In this document: positions 13,301 through 27,648 of the stretch, in pieces
How the letters are laid out: every line of letters begins with the position of its first letter
Position numbering within the stretch: the stretch's first letter is position 1
Source: Diplonema japonicum
Taxonomy: Eukaryota > Protista > Euglenozoa: Diplonemea
Length of the DNA stretch: 64,000 nucleotides
Reading direction: 5' to 3'
Assembly: GCA_964019335.1 (NCBI GenBank)
Contig: OZ025659.1
Span: forward strand, 434,001 to 498,000
The notes under the pieces: model-generated
Told to the model about the DNA's origin: nothing
Database searches by the model: none
The model's input: the letters and a program-made list of their open reading frames with translations, nothing else
Program-made: the position numbers and the translations under genes

Positions 13301-15499
13301 TCGCGCGATGGTCGGTTCACCGCCATAGGGACGGAAGACTGGAAGATCCAACTGCTGACACAAAGGCAGGGCAAGGAGAAGCTCGTTATCAGAGGGCACA
13401 CGGGAAAGATCAATGGACTTGTTTTTACACCGACCAACGAGCACCTCATCAGCGCTAGCCAAGACGGAACAGTGGCCATGTGGTCTGTGAGGGATGGGTC
13501 GCGATTCCTGTACCTGCCGAAAGCCCACTCGAAGCCCGTGAATGCTGTATGCGTGGGGAAGACTGCGGACTACTTCGTGACGGCCGCCGATGACACCACC
13601 GTAAAAGTGTGGGACGTGTTGCACAAGAAAGCATGCAGAATCTTCAAGTATCACACAGGGCCCGTGACCACTGTGAGGGCCCATGTGGAGGGCAGGTTGT
13701 TCGCCTCTGCTTCGTGGGACACTACTATCAAAATCTACACAAACATTTCCCCCGACGCCCGGTGTGTCTCCACCATCCACACCAAGATGCGTGCCATCTG
13801 TGATGTAGCGTGGGCACCTACCTTGGTGCAAACCATCGCGGCAGCGAGTTGCGACGGGCGCGTGAGGCTCTTCGATGTTGTCGCCAAGCACGAGCTGCTC
13901 ACCATCGACGGGCACTACGGCAGGTCCGTGCGGTCCATCTCCTACTCCAACGATGGCAAGTGGATTGTGTCAGCCGACAGGCAAGGGTGCGTCAAGGTGT
14001 GGCGCGGGGGTGTTACCGGCGAAGAGGTCATAACATGTACAGGGCACCACAGGGCAGTGAACCAGGTGGTCTTCAGCAGCGACAACAAGACTGTGCTGTC
14101 CGCCTCATCTGACAACAATTTGAAATCGTGGAACCGCGACAGGGCTTCGAAGCAGTCGCTACACTCGGCAAGGATCACAGGGACTGCCATCCACGAGGGC
14201 AAAGTCGCTGTATCCGTCTCGAGGGACGGCTTTTTGAAAGCGGTTGAGCTCAACAACCGCTCGATGCCCTTAGTGATGGAGCACATCCAACCTGAGAAGC
14301 AAAAGCGTGTAGCGGTCACATCGGTGGCATTGACAATTGACGGAAAGCGTGCTGTGACAGGTGCATGCGACGGGCTAGTTCGTGTATGGCATCTGAAGAC
14401 AGGTCTCGGCGGTGCACAAGAAGGCCACCACCCCAGCCTCATATGCAAAGGACACTACAACGTGGTGTCGGGCGTTGCGACCGTGGGAAGCAACCAAGCG
14501 TTCAGTGTGTCGTGGGACCGTTCCATCAGAAAGTGGCTTCTGAATGAAGACTTCACCGGCGAGGCGGGGGACAATGTGGTGGACAAGGTACTGGCCATCC
14601 GCAGAGACGCCCACGACATGGAGATAACCTGCATCTCTGTCGACAGCAAAGGCACGACAGTGGCGACAGGGTCGTACGACTGCAGCGTGAGGGTGTGGTC
14701 GGCGAACAACCTGGAACCCATCAGAACACTGCAACAACACGCGAACTGGACCACCGGGGTTGTGTACCACCCCCTGGACACCGCACTACTCTGCAGCGTG
14801 TCACTAGACGGAACAATGGCGGTGTGGGACCTGGCAAGAAAGTCCAAAGAAGCACTTGTCGAGACAATGGAATGCGGGAAACAACTACGCTGCGTACAGT
14901 TCGCGTCGAACGATGTTGTGATATGCGGCGGCGACGAAGGAGTCAGCGCGTGGAGGGTGACACCGGAGACAAGCGGGCACGGGCTGGAGTGCTCGGCAGA
15001 ACCCGCTGGAGCATTCTTCTCAACAGCACCATGCAGTACTCTAGCTGCACATTACCAAGACTCCACAACACAAATATGGACAGGGGACATCCTGGGGAAC
15101 GCTTACCACTTGAAATTCAACGACGTGGGCAGCGTGTGGGCTGCACAAACCTTGCGTGTGATCCCAACTGACATTCCATCTGACATCCCTGACCAAGACT
15201 CACGTATACAGGAGGAAAGCGAAGTGGCTACCTCTGTTGGCGACAGCGAGTCCTATACGTCATGGGAAACAGTGGATGCTGCAGAGATCTTCCCAGGCCG
15301 TGGAGGGGTTTTCCGCAAGTTTGATTCTGGGGCTGAACGCAAGGCCTACCTCCTCGAGACCCGCCAGGCGTATATCGAGTCGCTTAAGCATCGTTCTGCT
15401 GGCAAAACACCTCCTTCTCAAATGGCGCAAGAACACTACAACCAGTCTGTCAAAACAGCTGAGGTCATCGTGATGCTGAAGGGAATGGGACTATGTTAG
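8705..15499 (+). CDS. TEP1: TEP1-like protein (TROVE + vWA-like + DUF4062 + NACHT + WD40); introns 10151-10187, 10323-10376, 11175-11214, 11412-11451
   Basis: TROVE motifs PEFILKLALYLRSDLNIR, LPFMAMLRNIRN and NSRLFPFRFFSAY. DUF4062 motifs RVFISSTFADMQSER and IDLRWGI. NACHT P-loop GEEGTGKS. Many GH...WD repeats follow. Four GT-AG introns restore one frame. Confidence 0.93.
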
Positions 15500-16085
15500 G
15501 AAAGTGAGGGCGGGGAACAAAAGAAGAAGAAAAAAAAAATCGCGAGAGAAAGCTGTCACCCCCTTCCTTACCCATTTTTTCCTCTTTTTTTTTTTTGGAA
15601 GAAAACAAACTAACGTCTTTTTTTCGTTTTAACTTTTTTTTTTTTTGTTTTAACCCGCGAGAAGGGGGAAAAAAAAAAGAAAGAAGAAGAAAAAATAGTT
15701 CCCTTTCCCTCCTTTTTTTTTTCGGGGGGGAAAAAAGCCACACAGAAAGAAAAAGAACCCCTCATACTATCTTTTTAAAAAAAAAAAGTGGAGAGGGAAT
15801 GGGAAATCAACGTCGATAGTTTTCTTCTTTTTTTCTTTTCAAAGAAAAACGCAAAATAATGGGGGGCTTTTTTTTACTTTTAAAAAAAAAAACTGACTTG
15901 ACCTTTAGTATCTCTCTCTCTCTTTCTTTTTTCTTGAAGAAAAAAACAAAATTCTTATGTTCTCTAACATCCCCCCCTCCCCCCTTTTTCTTTCATTCAG
16001 TGTTTTTTTTTTATTTTTTTTCACAATCCCCTTTTTTTTCGGCGCTTTAAAAAAACTTTGGAAAGGGAGGGGGGGAAAAAAAAGA

Positions 16086-19000
16086 ATGGAACTAGCCGAT
16101 TTTGCGGTTAGCGTTGTGGCGGCAAAGGTGCTGAAGGATGGAAAAGACTACAAGTCAGTTGCGCTCCTTGCAGACATGCTAACAGCAGCTGCTGGAGAGA
16201 TATCAACGGATGAGTGGATGTACATATGGTGTGAGGGGGTGACACCATTTTATTTCAAGAGGACAACTGAGGAATACGTGAGAGAAAAACTGATGCAAGC
16301 TGCAGTAGAGTTTGTTCGTAACGACGATTCTGGGGCCAAGGCGCTCATGGAGGTCACCAACGTACCCGATAAATTGACACTTACCCTCCGTATCCACTTG
16401 CTGTCCAGCAGCCCTGAGAGCTTCCCCTGCGGTCTGGGCGAACAGCTTCTTCAAAGCCTTCTCGAACTGGAGGATGAAGAATGGATCGGTGTCCAGCTTG
16501 CGAAACTCTTCAAAATCGTGACCCTCGCCCCCGACCAACGGCAGCAGATGTGGTCCGCCTTAGAGACCAAAGGCGGAGCTTCACCAGGCGCTGCAGTCTC
16601 CGCTCTCCGTCTCACCGAGATCTTCGGTACAGCCGATATCTCCGACACCTTTATTGAGAACACTCTCTCTCACCGCACGCGTGCCACCAGACGCATGGGG
16701 CTCCAGCTCATGAAAACCACATACGAGGCACAGGAATGGTGGGGGCCGTGGTCTGCAGCCTTCACCGTGATCTCGGACGAGCAGCCCTGGCATATTATCC
16801 ACCCCGCTTGGCAAGACGTCCTCGCCGTCATCCAAAAGGTCCCCGAGAACTGGTGCACTGTGCTGGCCCTTCGCGGCGCCTCGCACTCTGACAACAGAGT
16901 CGTGCGCAGGGTCTGCTGCGATGTCTTCACCGCCGACCTGCCGCTCAGCATCTCTCAAGCAGTCACCACCCCCGCCCTCGACGCAGGCTGCGAGATCCCC
17001 GTCACAAGCCCTGCTCTTTTGCGTCATCTCACTGCCATAGTCTCCGAAGACCCTTCGCTCGGCAGGGAGACAGCCGAAACCTTCTTTGCCTTGACGCCAA
17101 AGGACTACCCTCAAGACACACACGAGGAGATCGCCTCTCAGCTTGCCACGATCAGCAAGGCGTGGAGGGGCTCAGGCCACCCACCCTCCTGCTTGATTCC
17201 CTTGGCAGCTGCGTGTTTGAGGTTTGGAGTTGCGCAGCATGCTTGTGCACCATCAGCCCTGCTGTGCTTGGAGGCACTCCCCCTGAGTGCGCTTCCTGAT
17301 ACGGTAGCCAAGGCGAACCTCACAGATACAGAGAAGGCAGCATTCGTGAAGAAAGCGATTGCCGACGGGATAAAGGAGTACAGCCTGCTTGGCGCTGTCT
17401 CGATGGACACTCTCAAGGGTGCTGTAGGGGAGGTGGACGATAAGGCACAGAAGTTTGCCATTTGCGTTGTTGGGTGCGTTGGGGTGCCGTCCTCCTCTTC
17501 TGAGGAGTCTGTTACGCTGTGTGGTGAGGACTTCAGCTTTTCCTGGGTAGAAGAGTGCCTGCAGAGCCTAGACGAAGTGGTGTTGGAAGCTGTGTGTAGC
17601 GTGCTGTGTGCATCTAGCAACAAGCACCTTGCTGATGTCGCCGCGAGGGTCGCTGCCAAGATGCTGTCTGATGACAAGCCTGCTGCTGCACACCTTGCTA
17701 TAGCCGTCCCGCCCAGCTCGTGGTCCTCGCTGCCTGCCCCACGTCAGCTGGTGGAGCAATGGATACAGTCGGGGACCATCGGTTCAAAAGACACCACAAG
17801 CAAAATCACAATGTTCTGTAAACTAGGTGGTCTGTCCGACACTTCCGACTGGTTGGAAAGGGTAGTTAAGTTCTATGGCGGCCTGAAGGCTACAAAGAAA
17901 GCCAAAACACCTCGTGGTATCAAGGAGCTCATGGAGGCTGTCTTAGTCACGGGGAAGTACCTCAGCGAAGCATGGCAGGTGCTGTTGAAGTACCAACCGA
18001 AGTTCTCGGGCAGCAGGGAGGCGTACAAGGCGTACTTTACAGCAGCTGTCAAGGACCATGCGCATCTGAGGGGGCTCCCTAAGTTGGACGAGCGAGTCAT
18101 GCAGTCGTCGATCGTGGCCTCGCAGCTCACTGCAGTTGTATTGGGTGAGATGGATGATGCTGAGCTGCTTGCGAAGCTTGCCGTCCACTCACCTGCACCT
18201 AAATCACAGGCATTGGATGGGAACCACCCTGGTGTTGTGATCTCGAAGGCTCGGGAGAGGAAGGTTGATGCTTCGAAGTTCGCAGCTGCTGTGCTCGAGG
18301 AAGTGCGTAAGGATGTCGAACCCGAGGGCAACGATGGTTCTGCAGCCCAGTTGCGAAGAGTTAGGGAGTGGTGGGTGCTGTGCGCCCTGCTGCCCCAGGT
18401 GGTCCCTGCTACCGCCAACCTCATTGCCGCAGCCGCCGTCAACGAGCTCAAGGCAGCACGTGTGGTTCCGAGGACCAGGGTCCTTGTACAGAACGCATGG
18501 GCTGCAGCATGTGCCTTACACCCCACGGAATCAAACTGTCTGCCGTTGCTGAACTCTATCCTAGAAACACACACCACTGAGACACGACTAGCTGTCTCTT
18601 CCCTAGTAGTGGCGGCGCACCTCCTCCTCACCGACTCCGGCGTCGAGAAGAAGACTTTGACAGTCAACGTGCTCGGGTGGACCATGGCCATGCCGCACAC
18701 TGCGAAGGTTCATGCACAGCTGGTTCTCGCAGAGCTGCTGGAAAAGACCGACTTCGACTCCGAGTTTATGAAGTCTGTGAAGGGGTTCCTTGCTGAGAAC
18801 CCGCACCTGAAGGCGCTGAGGGGGCACGCAGGCATCGACAAGGCAGTCTCGTTGTATATCACCGAGACACCGCCTTTCATGCAGACATCTGTCGAAATGA
18901 AGACATTGAAGGCACTGAGGTTGGTGCAGAACAGGTTCAGCGAGTTGGAAGGGAATGAAAACGAAGTGGCGGCGCCGTCTGCAGGATGGGCGTCGAAGGG

Positions 19001-19661
19001 GAGCAGGAAATGCCCCGCGCGTGCGAGGGGGAAGACGGAAGTCGACGATGAAAGCGACGAAGGCACAGACGGTGAGGAGGAGATTGTGGACGCCACCCAC
19101 CAGCGACGTCCCACACCAGGCAGACCCATGGCGACTAAAGAACCTCAGGTATGTTTTTCTTCTTCTTGACATCCTTTCATCAACACACAGATATGCGTTG
19201 TTGGAAGCTTCCTGGACAACCTCCCCAACCAGGCTGGGTTGTGCAGAACGTTGGAGGCGCTCTTTGGAAGTGTAGCAGAGTGCACGCTTGCTAGTTTGAA
19301 GGCAGCACAGGAACCTGCCTTTTTGAGGATGTCGATGGCGAGCGAGAGGTGGCTGAAGCTGGTGGAGATACCGCCCGGCGAACGGCTGGCAACCTACATC
19401 CAGCGTAAGAGGCGGGAGGGATTCACTATCGTGGCCCTGGAGCAGACCGACACCTCTGTGCCCGCCCCCCTTTACACCTTTAAACAAAAAACCGTTATAA
19501 TCATTGGGAACGAGCAACTGGGGTGCCCGTCGTGGCTCCTGAGGAGACCGGAACTCGTACACGACTTCGTGGAACTGCCGCTAGACGGTGCCTCGAGGTC
19601 TCTTAACGCTCACGTAACAGCCGCAGCCATGCTATGGCAGTATAGGATGCAGACGTATTAG
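16086..19661 (+). CDS. Trm3/TARBP1-like tRNA Gm18 2'-O-methyltransferase (SpoU family); intron 19149-19190
   Basis: Long helical N-terminal region plus C-terminal SPOUT motifs LDNLPNQAGLCRT, IVALEQT, IIIGNEQLG and RSLNAHVTAA after splicing. Confidence 0.88.
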
Positions 19662-19834
19662 TGGCGTGTCCGCCCACCGTTTTTTTTTTTTTTTTTTATG
19701 TTTTTCTTTTTTATTTGCTAGCAATCAAATATAGTCATGGGTGGTCCTCTTTCTTTTCCTTTTTTAAATCTTTACAAAAAAAAAAAAAAAAAAAGAACAA
19801 AAAACAAAGAAACACAACAAACTTCCAGGAAGGA

Positions 19835-21444
19835 ATGGAGGTGTTTTGCACAACCCCAGATGGGTTGGAGTTCGTGCTGAAAGAGGAAATCTTAACGGTG
19901 GTGGATGAATCAGTATTCGAAGAGTTTGTGGAGTGCAAGGTACCGGGGATCGTGCGGTTTAAGGTGAACACGGACGTACCGGACAAACTACGAGACAGTA
20001 TTAAGAGGGTACACAGGTTGCGAAGCGTGGAGCACGTGTGCGGGTTGGTGTTGGAGTCCGGTCCGGACTATCCGTTCGACGATGTGAACGAGCTGGAGAG
20101 GCTTGCGAAGGAAGTCGGCGAAGAACGGTTCAAAAAAAACTGGGTGGACGCGATGAGGCTGTGGCATCTTGCTCTTCACAGCGACATGCTGTGCGAAGCA
20201 CCATTAAAGGAAACCGCGGAAAAACTAAAATCAAAGGTGTTGTTCCGGTGCACCGGGAGAAGGTTGGGCAAGGGCCTACGAACACACAAACCCAAGTACA
20301 AATCCCCCGATGTGGAACGGACCATCGGCGGTGTAATGTCAGAAAACTTTTCATGGAAGGCGTCAATGGTAATGCACACACTACAAACCCTGGTTGTCAT
20401 GGCAGGTGACAGAATTGTAATTGGTGTTTGCCTGCACGGGGCAAACCAAGTAAAAGCGTACTATGAAGTTAATCAGAACAGCAAGAAGGTCAGGGACACA
20501 ATATCAGTGGGGGAGTTTGCCAAAACGGCTTGGGAGAAATACCAGTATCAGTTGAAGCAAGACGACAAAGCGAAGAAGCTGCGAGAAGCTCTTTTGCAGG
20601 GCGAGACCATCGACATCAAAGAACCTGCAACAAAGGACCTCATCGCGAAGCTGAAGGCGTCTACCACCAACAACGAGATTCGAATCAACAAATCAGAAAA
20701 CTCCATGATCGTACCAATTGGCCACGCTTTGGTTAAACTGTCAGATATCAAACCTGGCGACATTGTGTGTGACCCGCTTGCAGGGTCAGGGACAACACTC
20801 CTTGAAGCGTCATTGGTGCAACCGCACACCGGTGCCATCTTCGGTGGAGACATGACTTTAAGCGAATGCAGCATCACCGCCACCAACATCGATTCTTTCC
20901 AGTTTCTTGCGGGGGACTGCGGATTGATTGTGCCCCCTACTACCTCGCACCCTGAAGAGGAGAAGGACGACGGTGCAAAGCCTCCTATGAAAAAGCGTAA
21001 AACGGCCGACCAAACTCATGTGAAATTCAACCACCCGCTCACTACATCTGTGTGCCACTGGAACGCGACGTCACTCCCCATCAGAACGGGGTCGGTTGAC
21101 GTTGTCATTACAGACCTTCCGTTTGGGAACCGATGTGCGAAGGGGTCGAAGAAGGCCTTCCCGATGTTTTTGTATGGATTTGAGAAGGGTGGAAAAAAAA
21201 AAATAAAAAAAAAATCGCAGCGAGGAATTTGCAAGGATCCTTCGGCCCGGTGGCAGGCTCACCTTTCTCGCCGTGCATGGCAAGCATTTAGACTTCATTC
21301 TGGGATCGGTATGAAAAAAAAAAAAAAAAAAAAAAGTTTTTTTTCTAGGAAAACGTCAAGAAATCGTTCAAGACACGCAAGGAGGCTTTCAAGGTGAACA
21401 TGGGTGAGATGTACCCGTCCATCTACTGTTTTGAGAGGGTTTAA
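19835..21444 (+). CDS. THUMP-domain RNA methyltransferase (THUMPD2/3-like); introns 21172-21220 and 21309-21348
   Basis: FCTTPDGLE, LRSVEH and FRCTGRR, SAM motif VCDPLAGSGTTLLEA, VDVVITDLPFG, and spliced EEFARILRPGGR. Confidence 0.88.
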
Positions 21445-21557
21445 AAAAAAAAGAAATCTTCTTTTTTTTCCTCATGTTCCCCAACACAACACCCCACCAA
21501 AGGAAATGTGAAACAAAAAAAAAAAAAAAAAAAAAACAAAAAAAAAAAACAAAAAAA

Positions 21558-22778
21558 ATGTCTGCAACATGGATCCTGGCGGTTACAATAATAAATGCTG
21601 TGCAATGGGACAGCACAGCGGAGGTGCACCGTGCAGTGTTCGCGTCTTGCAACAGAGTGTTTCAACACGAAGGAGGCGATGACGTCGCTCAACCGGCATG
21701 GGAAGGAATAGAAGCGTTCAGCCCGGAAGCCTTTTGGTGGGTGGGGGATGCTGTCTATCCCAAGGAAAGCAAAAGCGAAGACTCTTTAACAGAAAGTTAC
21801 ACCGCACAAAACAACATCGAAGGCTACAAACGCGTCAAGTCAAAACTCACCATGCTTGACGGCACATGGGACGATCACGACTATGGCGTGAACGACGGCG
21901 GCAAGGACAGTTACACACCTTCCGAGAAAACCGGTATTCAAAATGCGTTTCTAAACTTTTTAAACGTATCTATGAACACTCCCCGACGGGAGCGGAAGGG
22001 CGTGTATTCCGTCCATAAAGTATCTTCCCACGCCCATCCCGACAAATCAGTTGCTTTAATATTCTTAGACACCCGCACACACCGTGACCCGCACGCTATC
22101 CCATCCGTTGGAGGATATGATATTCCAGGTATTGCGCTTGTCTCAGCGCTGACGAGATTTCTATCCTCTGTGATAAACGTATATTCGCAGGGAGACGTTT
22201 TGGGCGATGAACAGTGGGAGTGGATGGAAGGAATTGTGAAGGATCTGTCGGAAGAGGTGCAGGGGTTCATCGTTGTGAGCAGTATCCAGGTGAACACAAG
22301 CAACCCTACTGTTGAGTCTTGGGGGCATTTCCCTGTCGCACGGAATCGGCTTTACACCCTTCTGAACGGGTCGAAAAGTGTACTTTTCGTCTCTGGTGAT
22401 GTACATTTTGCTGAAGTTTCTCCAAATGAACTGACGACCAGCGGTTTGACACACACATGCGGGACGCCGTTTTACGGTCCGCTGTGCCATGTCGCGCTTA
22501 ATACCTGGACCTCCCACAGGGCTACTCCCACATCGTTCGATATCTCCAAAAACTACCTCACAGTGACGTTCAACTGGGCGGCCGACACGCTGCAGTTCAC
22601 CGTGCGTGATGTGAGTAATCGTCCTTTGCTCTACAAGGACCATATTCTGGGGGTGCCCACGGTGCTCCATGACGCTCCTTTGTTCACGCTGTCGACAGAC
22701 CAGCGGGTGTTGATCTTCTGCGTCACAGGCACCATGCTGGCGGTGGCGGGGTTCCTGTTTATCACACCGCATGTATAG
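21558..22778 (+). CDS. PhoD-like alkaline phosphatase/phosphodiesterase with signal peptide and C-terminal TM
   Basis: FASCN, WVGDAVY, TWDDHDYGVNDG, FLDTRTHR, ESWGHFP and SGDVHFAE metallophosphatase motifs. Confidence 0.9.
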   Translation: MSATWILAVTIINAVQWDSTAEVHRAVFASCNRVFQHEGGDDVAQPAWEGIEAFSPEAFWWVGDAVYPKESKSEDSLTESYTAQNNIEGYKRVKSKLTMLDGTWDDHDYGVNDGGKDSYTPSEKTGIQNAFLNFLNVSMNTPRRERKGVYSVHKVSSHAHPDKSVALIFLDTRTHRDPHAIPSVGGYDIPGIALVSALTRFLSSVINVYSQGDVLGDEQWEWMEGIVKDLSEEVQGFIVVSSIQVNTSNPTVESWGHFPVARNRLYTLLNGSKSVLFVSGDVHFAEVSPNELTTSGLTHTCGTPFYGPLCHVALNTWTSHRATPTSFDISKNYLTVTFNWAADTLQFTVRDVSNRPLLYKDHILGVPTVLHDAPLFTLSTDQRVLIFCVTGTMLAVAGFLFITPHV

Positions 22779-22895
22779 AAACAAAAAGGAAAAAAAAAGT
22801 GTTTTTTTTTTTTCTTTTTCTTTCCCCCCCTCCTCCGTTTGATGCCCCTTCAAAAAAACCAGGAATATCCATCCCTCTTTTTTTAAACTACTAAA

Positions 22896-23640
22896 ATGGC
22901 CCTTACCGCGAACCTGTCCAGGAAGAGGAAGTTCGTTGCCGACGGTGTGTTCTACTGCGAGCTCAGCGAGTTCCTCAGGAGGGAGCTCGCCGAGGATGGT
23001 TTCTCCGGCGCCGAGGTCCGTGTGACCCCCCAGAGGACCGAGATCATCATCCAGGCCACCCGCTCCAAGGACGTATGTTTCCTCCTTTCCCCCAACACAA
23101 TAACAACAAAAAACAGGTGCTTGGTGAGGGCGGCAGGCGTATCCGTGAGCTCACCTCCGTGGTGCAGAAGAGGTTCGGGTTCCCCGAGGGTGGCGTTGAG
23201 TTGTACGCCGAGCGTGTGGCCAACAGGGGTCTGTCCTCCATTGCGCAGGCTGAGTCCCTGAGGTACAAGCTTGTGGGCGGTCTCCCCGTCCGTAGGGCCT
23301 GCTACGGTGTGATCAGGTTCGTGATGGAGTCTGGTGCCAAGGGTATTGAGCTGATTGTTGCCGGTAAGGTCAGGGGTCAGAGGGCCAAGGCCATGAAGTT
23401 CAAGGACGGGTACATGAAGTGCTCTGGTGACGTCCCCAGGACCTACGTGTCCTCGTGCACTCGTCACGTCTACATGAGGCAGGGTGTCCTTGGTCTTAAG
23501 TGCACCATCATGCTTGACTGGGACCCTACCGGTGCCAAGGTACTGTTGTTTTATTATTTTGGAAACGAAACCACCACACACCACAGGGGCCTACCAAGCA
23601 GCTGCCCGACGTCGTCACCGTGTACAACCCCAAGGAATAG
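22896..23640 (+). CDS. RPS3: 40S ribosomal protein S3 (uS3); introns 23073-23116 and 23540-23586
   Basis: [58 protein letters not shown], and spliced end [17 protein letters not shown]. Confidence 0.98.
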
Positions 23641-23775
23641 ACTGTTCCAGCACACAACCCCCTGCCCGCCTCGCCAGACCAAAATCACACCCAAAAGAAA
23701 AACCTGCAGAGGATCTCGGATACAGGGCGTACCACGGAAAACAAAAGAGGAATGCATTCATTTTCATTTTTTTAG

Positions 23776-25242
<1,467 letters not shown>

Positions 25243-25618
25243 GTGGAAGACTCGAGCAGGGAAAGTGGTGACAACACAACTCCCATCACTTCCTCTTCCC
25301 ATTCCCATTCCCATTCCCTTGTTTAGACCTCCCCAATTTTTTTTCTTGATGGGTCATTGGTAACACTTCCCCATCATGACCTTTTTTTTTTCTCCCTTTT
25401 TTTTTCTTTACTGTGCCTCGTGTTCTCGATGCACTTTAACGTTTTTTTTATTTTATTTAAGGGTGGTCCTCAAGTGGGATTTGCCCTTAAACATCGCCTT
25501 TTATTTTATTCTTCCCGGGACCCCACTTTTCTTTTTTAAATTCCCCTCTTTTTTGTTATTTCCTGCCCACTGTACCTTTTATGAATTACATTTTACTGAG
25601 GAAAAAAGAAAAATAACA

Positions 25619-27274
25619 ATGAGGTCGGCCGTCTTCATGGCCCTGGTGGCCGCGTCCGCCGGGTCGCTTGTGCAGGTGCATGAGCCCTCGATGATCCCTA
25701 ACGGGTGGAGGGCAACCTCCGAGAAGGTGGACAAGGACGGAAAGTTCCGTGTGACCGTGGGTGTGAAGAGGTCGAACAAGGCTGCTCTGGACAGGATCTT
25801 CGAGGAAGTGTCTTCCCCGCAGAGCGCCAACTACCTGCAGTACCCCACTTACGAGCAGATTGGTGACATCGTGAGGCCCTCTGCCGAGCACACCAGGATC
25901 GTGAAGGAGTGGCTCAGCACCAACGGTGTTGTGGTGACCAAAGTGCACCCCCACGGTGACTACATCCACGCTGAGGCGACCGTTGCTCAGATCCAGAAGA
26001 TGGCCAACGGTGAGTTCCTGACCTACGAGCACACAACCGGTGCCAAGATCTGGCGTCTCACCAGCGGTGTCCGCGTGCCTGCTGAGGTCGCCGCCGCCAT
26101 CGACACCTTCGCCGGGTTCCACGGCTTCCCCCTCAACCCTGTCGTTGTTGACAAGAAGCTGAAGGAGAAGCTCCAGGCCGCCGGCAAGGTCGACCCTGCC
26201 GTCTTCAGGAAGACCTACAACGTGTCCGCCGTCCCCAAGACTGGCAAGCAGAACATCCAGGCCATCGCGCAGTTCCAGGGCCAGTACGTCAACGACAAGA
26301 ACCTCGCCGACTTCTGCACCAAGTACGACGCGGGCGCCACCTGCAAGATCGCCAAGTACATCGGGAAGAACGAGCAGAACCCCGGGATCGAGTCCATGCT
26401 CGACGTTGAGTACATCATGTCCCTCAGCAACGAGGCCGAGACCTGGGTGTACTCCTACCCCAACTTCGACTTCTGCGCGGACCTCGGCACCTTCGGGTCT
26501 GACGTGACCGGCGAGTCGGTGCACCCGTTCAGCATCAGCATCAGCTACGGGAGCCAGAAGATCGACTACTGCTCCAAGACCATCACGACCCGTCTCTCCG
26601 ACGACATCCAGAAGATGGGGACCATGGGGATCACCGTCATGATCTCCTCTGGTGACGACGGCAGTGGTGGTGAGACCAGGCAGGGCAGCAACGGTGGCAA
26701 GCTGTCGCCCTCCTTCCCTGCGTCCATCCCCACCTGCATTGCTGTGGGGTCCACCTACTGGCTTGAGGGTACCACCGGTGAGCAGCAGGCGACCACCCAG
26801 TTCGGGTCAGGTGGTGGCTTCTCGTACGACTTCCCCGTCCCCAGCTTCCAGGCGCAGCAGGTGCAGAGCTACCTGTCCAACGTGAAGAAGCCCAACTCGA
26901 AGTACGCCACTGGTAGGGGTTCCCCTGACGTGTCCACCCTTGGTGAGTCCTTCACTGTCATGGAGGGCGGCCAGACCATCGCTGTCGGCGGGACCTCGTG
27001 CAGCTCCCCTTCGTTCGCTGGTCTTGTGACGCTTCTGAACGAGGCGTGCATTGCTGAGAGCGGGAAGACCCTTGGCTACGCCAACCCCCTCTTCTACCAG
27101 AACCCCAACATGTTCACCGACATCGTGAAGGGTACCAACGCCATCGGCGAGAACAGGGCCGCCGGGTGGGAGGCCATCAAGGGTTGGGACGCATCCACCG
27201 GTCTCGGGACACCCAACTTCGGCCACATGCTTGACATCGTGAAGCACGCATGCAAAAACGCTGCACGCAACTAG
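25619..27274 (+). CDS. sedolisin/tripeptidyl-peptidase I-like S53 peptidase (signal peptide + prodomain)
   Basis: Catalytic ESMLD (E-x3-D), oxyanion SSGDDG, nucleophile GGTSCSSP and Ca-site WDASTGLGTP. Confidence 0.93.
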   Translation: MRSAVFMALVAASAGSLVQVHEPSMIPNGWRATSEKVDKDGKFRVTVGVKRSNKAALDRIFEEVSSPQSANYLQYPTYEQIGDIVRPSAEHTRIVKEWLSTNGVVVTKVHPHGDYIHAEATVAQIQKMANGEFLTYEHTTGAKIWRLTSGVRVPAEVAAAIDTFAGFHGFPLNPVVVDKKLKEKLQAAGKVDPAVFRKTYNVSAVPKTGKQNIQAIAQFQGQYVNDKNLADFCTKYDAGATCKIAKYIGKNEQNPGIESMLDVEYIMSLSNEAETWVYSYPNFDFCADLGTFGSDVTGESVHPFSISISYGSQKIDYCSKTITTRLSDDIQKMGTMGITVMISSGDDGSGGETRQGSNGGKLSPSFPASIPTCIAVGSTYWLEGTTGEQQATTQFGSGGGFSYDFPVPSFQAQQVQSYLSNVKKPNSKYATGRGSPDVSTLGESFTVMEGGQTIAVGGTSCSSPSFAGLVTLLNEACIAESGKTLGYANPLFYQNPNMFTDIVKGTNAIGENRAAGWEAIKGWDASTGLGTPNFGHMLDIVKHACKNAARN

Positions 27275-27648
27275 GCTAAACGAGAAAAAAGAAAAAGGAA
27301 ACTAAAAATTCCGCCAATTCCACCAACCTGTATCTGCACGCAGCCGCTGGTGCGATGCGAAACAATTCTTCCTTTTAAATAAACCCTCGAAATTTTTCGT
27401 TCGCTTTTTCTTAAATTCTTTTTTTTTTCCCCCTCGTTCTTTCTTTTTTTCTTCTTCGCTATATCCATAGTGTGACGTGATTTCTTTCTTTTTTCTTATT
27501 CCCCTTGTTTTACTCGTCCCGACGTGTCCATGCGTTTTGATTCTGCCTCTGGACAATTTGAATCCCCTCGTCTTTTTTTTCTTTTTCTTTTTTTTTTTTT
27601 CTTTCCCCCTCATTATTTTTATTTTCCAGGAAAAATATTTTTTCTAAT

